Assembly: GCA_965200965.1 (NCBI GenBank)
Contig: OZ241744.1
Span: 1,440,001-1,504,000 of the forward strand
Length of the DNA stretch: 64,000 nucleotides
Direction of reading: 5' to 3'
Origin: an uncultured Candidatus Binatia bacterium
GTDB lineage: Bacteria; Desulfobacterota; Binatia; Bin18
In this document: piece by piece, positions 60,976 through 64,000 of the stretch
How the letters are laid out: the number at the start of each line of letters is the position of its first letter
Numbering within the stretch: position 1 is the stretch's first letter
Program-made: the position numbers and the translations under genes
The notes under the pieces: model-generated
Database searches by the model: none
The model's input: the letters and a program-made list of their open reading frames with translations, nothing else
Told to the model about the DNA's origin: nothing

Positions 60976-61096
60976 GATCCCGGGGCACAGCCGGCTCGCC
61001 GCGCAGGGACTGACCGGCTCTGAACCGGTTGCCTGGGAGGACTCGCCGGGCAAGTCAGAACGGGGGCGGGGCACGCCCCCGCAGCCCCCGGCAGGA

Positions 61097-62944
61097 CTAG
61101 AGGTCGGCGTTGACCGTCTGGTTCTTGCCCCCGCTGATGCTGCTCCGCCTTCCGCTCGCCCGGTTGTTCAACCCCCCGCTCACGCTCGCCGCTGCCCCGC
61201 TCGCCCGGTTCTGCACACTCACACTCGCCAGCGGATCAGGGCCAGCCGTGTTGCTCTGCCCCCCGAGCACGCTCGCATACGAGCCGCTGGCCACATTCGC
61301 CACGCCCCCGCTCACGCTCGACGCGTCGCCACTCGCCTCGTTGTTCTGGCCTCCGCTCACACTCCCATAGTCCCCGCTCGCCTCGTTGTCCCGGCCCCCA
61401 CTCACGCTCGCGTACTCCCCGCTGATGATGTTCCCGACCCCCACCACCAAGCCACTATGACTCGAATACTCGTGCTCAGGGCCAATCACCACATTGTGCG
61501 AACCGCTGCGATCATTGCGGCCCAAGGTCCGCTGGGTAGCGATCCCGGCGGTGGTGTCCACATCTTCGTTGTAGCCCACGATCAGGTTGCCTAACCCGTT
61601 GGTCGTATTGGTGCTGCTAGCCCCGTTGTGGAGGTGGACATTGCAGCCCGTGAAGACTACATCAGCCTTCGCCTGGCCGTCCACGTCTTTGGTGGTGAGA
61701 CAGGCAGGCAGGCGGTTGCTGAAATCGTTGGCCGCTGCCACGGTCACGCCGCTGCCGCCGCCGATGGTGGAGAAGTTGCCCGTGACTCGGTTGTTGGAGC
61801 CCCCGCTCACGCTCGCCGCAGTGCTCGTCGCCGTGTTGCTCTGCCCCCCGCTCACGCTGGTCGCCCAGCCGCCGGCCGTGTTGGCATGGCCCCCGCTCAC
61901 GCTGGAGTCATAAGCCCGGGTCGTGTTGCCAGTGCCGCCGCTCACACTGGAGGTCCCGCCGATGGCCCTGTTCTGACTGCCCCCGCTCACGCTGGAGTTA
62001 ATGCCGATGGCCCTGTTCCTATAACCACCGCTCACGCTCGCCCCCAAGTCGCTGGCCCTGTTCTGACTGCCCCCGCTCACGCTCGCCACATAGCCGATGG
62101 CCCTGTTCCCCTGGCCCCCGCTCACGCTCGCCGCAGTGCCCGTCGCCGTGTTGCTCTGCCCCCCGCTCACGCTGGTCGCCCAGCCGCCGGCCGTGTTGGC
62201 ATGGCCCCCGCTCACGCTGGAGTCATAAGCCCGGGTCGTGTTGCCAGTGCCGCCGCTCACACTGGAGGTCCCGCCGATGGCCCTGTTCTGACTGCCCCCA
62301 CTCACGCTGGAGTTAATGCCGATGGCCCTGTTCCTATAACCCCCGCTCACGCTCGCCCCCAAGTCGCTGGCCCTGTTCTGACTGCCCCCGCTCACGCTCG
62401 CCGCAGTGCTCGTCGCCGTGTTGCTCTGCCCCCCGCTCACGCTGGTCGCCCAGCCGCCGGCCGTGTTGGCATGGCCCCCGCTCACGCTCGCCGAAACGCC
62501 GGAGATGACGTTATCCGCCCCCACCACCAGCCCGCCAGAACCGGGGTACTGATGCTGACTCCCAATCACCAGGTTGTGCGAGCCGCCCCGCTGGGCCGTA
62601 TCCGCAGTCGGCGAATCGTTCGCCTCGTTGTAGCCGATAATCAGGTTGCCCAGCCCCAGGGGTTCGGAGCCCCAGTTATCGTTCACGGTCCGCCCTCTAT
62701 GGGTCACCCCCGACCCGCTGCGGATGTGGACATTGGCCCCAGTGAAGATTATGTGCGGACCGCTCAGGCCATGGTAGGTGCTGGTGGCCGCATCCTCAAT
62801 CACCTGGATGTAGCGGGTCAGCTTGGCCACCGTGGCCTCTAGGCTTTGGACCCGGCTCTCCAGGGTAGGCGCTGTCTGGCTCCAGCCTGGGCTGGCGGTC
62901 AGCAGGATGGAGAACAGGGAAGAGAACAACACGAAACAACGCAT
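61097..62944 (-). CDS. Secreted SVSGG-repeat protein, paralog G5 (615 aa)
   Basis: MRCFVLF N-terminus, 16 repeats in module 1 including a block duplication, G2-type C-terminal module. Confidence 0.85.
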   Translation of the reverse strand: MRCFVLFSSLFSILLTASPGWSQTAPTLESRVQSLEATVAKLTRYIQVIEDAATSTYHGLSGPHIIFTGANVHIRSGSGVTHRGRTVNDNWGSEPLGLGNLIIGYNEANDSPTADTAQRGGSHNLVIGSQHQYPGSGGLVVGADNVISGVSASVSGGHANTAGGWATSVSGGQSNTATSTAASVSGGSQNRASDLGASVSGGYRNRAIGINSSVSGGSQNRAIGGTSSVSGGTGNTTRAYDSSVSGGHANTAGGWATSVSGGQSNTATGTAASVSGGQGNRAIGYVASVSGGSQNRASDLGASVSGGYRNRAIGINSSVSGGSQNRAIGGTSSVSGGTGNTTRAYDSSVSGGHANTAGGWATSVSGGQSNTATSTAASVSGGSNNRVTGNFSTIGGGSGVTVAAANDFSNRLPACLTTKDVDGQAKADVVFTGCNVHLHNGASSTNTTNGLGNLIVGYNEDVDTTAGIATQRTLGRNDRSGSHNVVIGPEHEYSSHSGLVVGVGNIISGEYASVSGGRDNEASGDYGSVSGGQNNEASGDASSVSGGVANVASGSYASVLGGQSNTAGPDPLASVSVQNRASGAAASVSGGLNNRASGRRSSISGGKNQTVNADL

Positions 62945-63111
62945 AAAGCGCTCCTTTCGGCCCTACAGGGGGCGGTTAGAGTTAAGATAGAGCGCATTCA
63001 TACGCTTCTTCCGCCCAAGCGGTCAAGGCGGGGCCGGGGCCGGCGTACCTGCCACGGAAGACGGAAGAGAGCAGGTACGCCCGCCTTGCGCCTCAGGGTT
63101 GCCCTCTGTAT

Positions 63112-63726
63112 ATGAGGACAGGCCAGCGTCGGGACTCCAGCACCATGCAGTCAACACCCACATCACGCTCAGCCTTCCGCTTCCTGGTCCTCCTCAGCGC
63201 TACGCTCGGGGTGTTGACCGTGGTGCAGACTCAGGACGGGCCAGGCGTGTGGAATGGGGGAAAGGCCGCCTGGTGGGATTTTTCCCTCCTTGATCTGGGG
63301 CTGACCGGCTGGGGCAACGCGCCCCAACAGCCGGTCGCTTTCAGCCATGCCTTGCACGCCGAGGCTGGCCTTGACTGCCTGTACTGCCATAGCGCAGCCC
63401 GCCTCTCGCCCCAGGCCGGGATTCCGCCCCTCGCAACGTGTATCGGCTGCCACAGAAGAGCCACCGCCCAGCCCGAGTTGCTCAAGGTGCAGGACTACTG
63501 GCAACGCCAGCAGCCCATCCCCTGGGTGCGGGTGCATAGGCTGCCCCGCTTTACCCGCTTCAGCCACAAACGGCATATTCGGGCCGGCCTTGAGTGCTTG
63601 AGTTGTCACGGCCCAGTGGACCGGATGGAGCGGGTGGAGCAGGTCTCGTCGCTGAAAATGGGCTGGTGTGTGAGCTGCCACGAGGCCCAGCGGGCGGACA
63701 AAGACTGTCTGGTATGCCATTATTGA
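63112..63726 (+). CDS. Membrane-anchored pentaheme cytochrome c (ActA/QrcA-like)
   Basis: Five CxxCH (CLYCH, CIGCH, CLSCH, CVSCH, CLVCH), PQQPVAFSH, IPWVRVH, LKMGWC; alternative start 63145. Confidence 0.9.
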   Translation: MRTGQRRDSSTMQSTPTSRSAFRFLVLLSATLGVLTVVQTQDGPGVWNGGKAAWWDFSLLDLGLTGWGNAPQQPVAFSHALHAEAGLDCLYCHSAARLSPQAGIPPLATCIGCHRRATAQPELLKVQDYWQRQQPIPWVRVHRLPRFTRFSHKRHIRAGLECLSCHGPVDRMERVEQVSSLKMGWCVSCHEAQRADKDCLVCHY

Positions 63727-63747
63727 GCCACACCACAGGGTACGCGC

Positions 63748-64000
63748 ATGGGAATTGATCGCCGAAATTTTCTCAAACTGCTTGGCCTCGGCTCAACCGC
63801 GCCACTGGTCGGCTGTGCCGCGGAGCCGGTCGAGAAAATCATTCCCTATGTGATTCAGCCCGAGAACATCGTGCCCGGCATTGCCAACTCCTACGCGACC
63901 ACCTGCCGGGAATGTCCGGCCGGCTGCGGCATGGTGGTCCGCACCCGTGAGGGCCGGGCGGTCAAAGCCGAGGGCAACCCATCCCACCCGATCAACGCCG
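63748..64000 (+). CDS. Tat-exported molybdopterin oxidoreductase-like subunit (ActB/QrcB-like), partial
   Basis: MGIDRRNFLK...EKIIPYVIQPE..VPG...YATTCRECPAGCG...EGRAVKAEGNPSHP. Confidence 0.88.
   Translation, partial: MGIDRRNFLKLLGLGSTAPLVGCAAEPVEKIIPYVIQPENIVPGIANSYATTCRECPAGCGMVVRTREGRAVKAEGNPSHPINA

Noticed and set aside
53915-62530. CCCCCGCTCACGCT every 45 bp as a CRISPR array
   Set aside because: The period is a multiple of 3 and lies inside open frames with RBS and signal peptides; the intervening segments are mutually similar (xxNxAx). It is a protein repeat, unlike the intergenic 61-bp arrays.
53738-62842. Long + strand PAHA-repeat ORFs (53738..54619, 54659..55726, 56769..57842, 58961..59860, 61628..62842)
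   Set aside because: Antisense shadows of the SVSGG genes; no RBS or independent features.
53915-62944. Diversity-generating retroelement or shufflon behind the paralog variation
   Set aside because: No reverse transcriptase or recombinase in the window; the variation is unit shuffling in direct orientation, not adenine-specific substitution or inversion.

Overview
GC-rich bacterial chromosomal segment with no rRNA, tRNA, integrase, transposase, reverse transcriptase or cas gene recognised. The backbone is metabolic: several luciferase-like/F420-type oxidoreductases, amidohydrolases, CoA-dependent enzymes, eno, pdxJ, infA, ftsB, and the start of an alternative complex III/Qrc-type operon at the right edge. 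This gene set resembles uncultured, possibly host-associated deltaproteobacteria-like or Tectomicrobia-like genomes (inference only). Solitary defence or conflict cargo is scattered through it: a PD-(D/E)XK nuclease, an orphan DNA methyltransferase, an MqsR/MqsA + KGGVGR-ATPase-TPR islet bounded by a 35-bp duplication of the qor 3' end, a type II Zorya system, and deleted AIPR and MTase-HNH remnants. Two observations stand out. (1) 43099-44112 (-) reads as one 337-aa rhodanese-class III nucleotide cyclase fusion whose active-site Y-C-x-C-P loop is encoded as TAT-TGA-ACC-TGA-CCC, followed by a SECIS-like hairpin, so it is a candidate double-selenocysteine signalling enzyme. (2) 53.9-63.0 kb is a tandem, mosaic cluster of secreted 15-aa SVSGG-repeat proteins interleaved with Cas-less CRISPR-like mini-arrays (28-bp repeat, 32-33-bp spacers; 2, 3 and 0 spacers in the three copies). 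All product calls come from motif recognition by eye; no database search was run.
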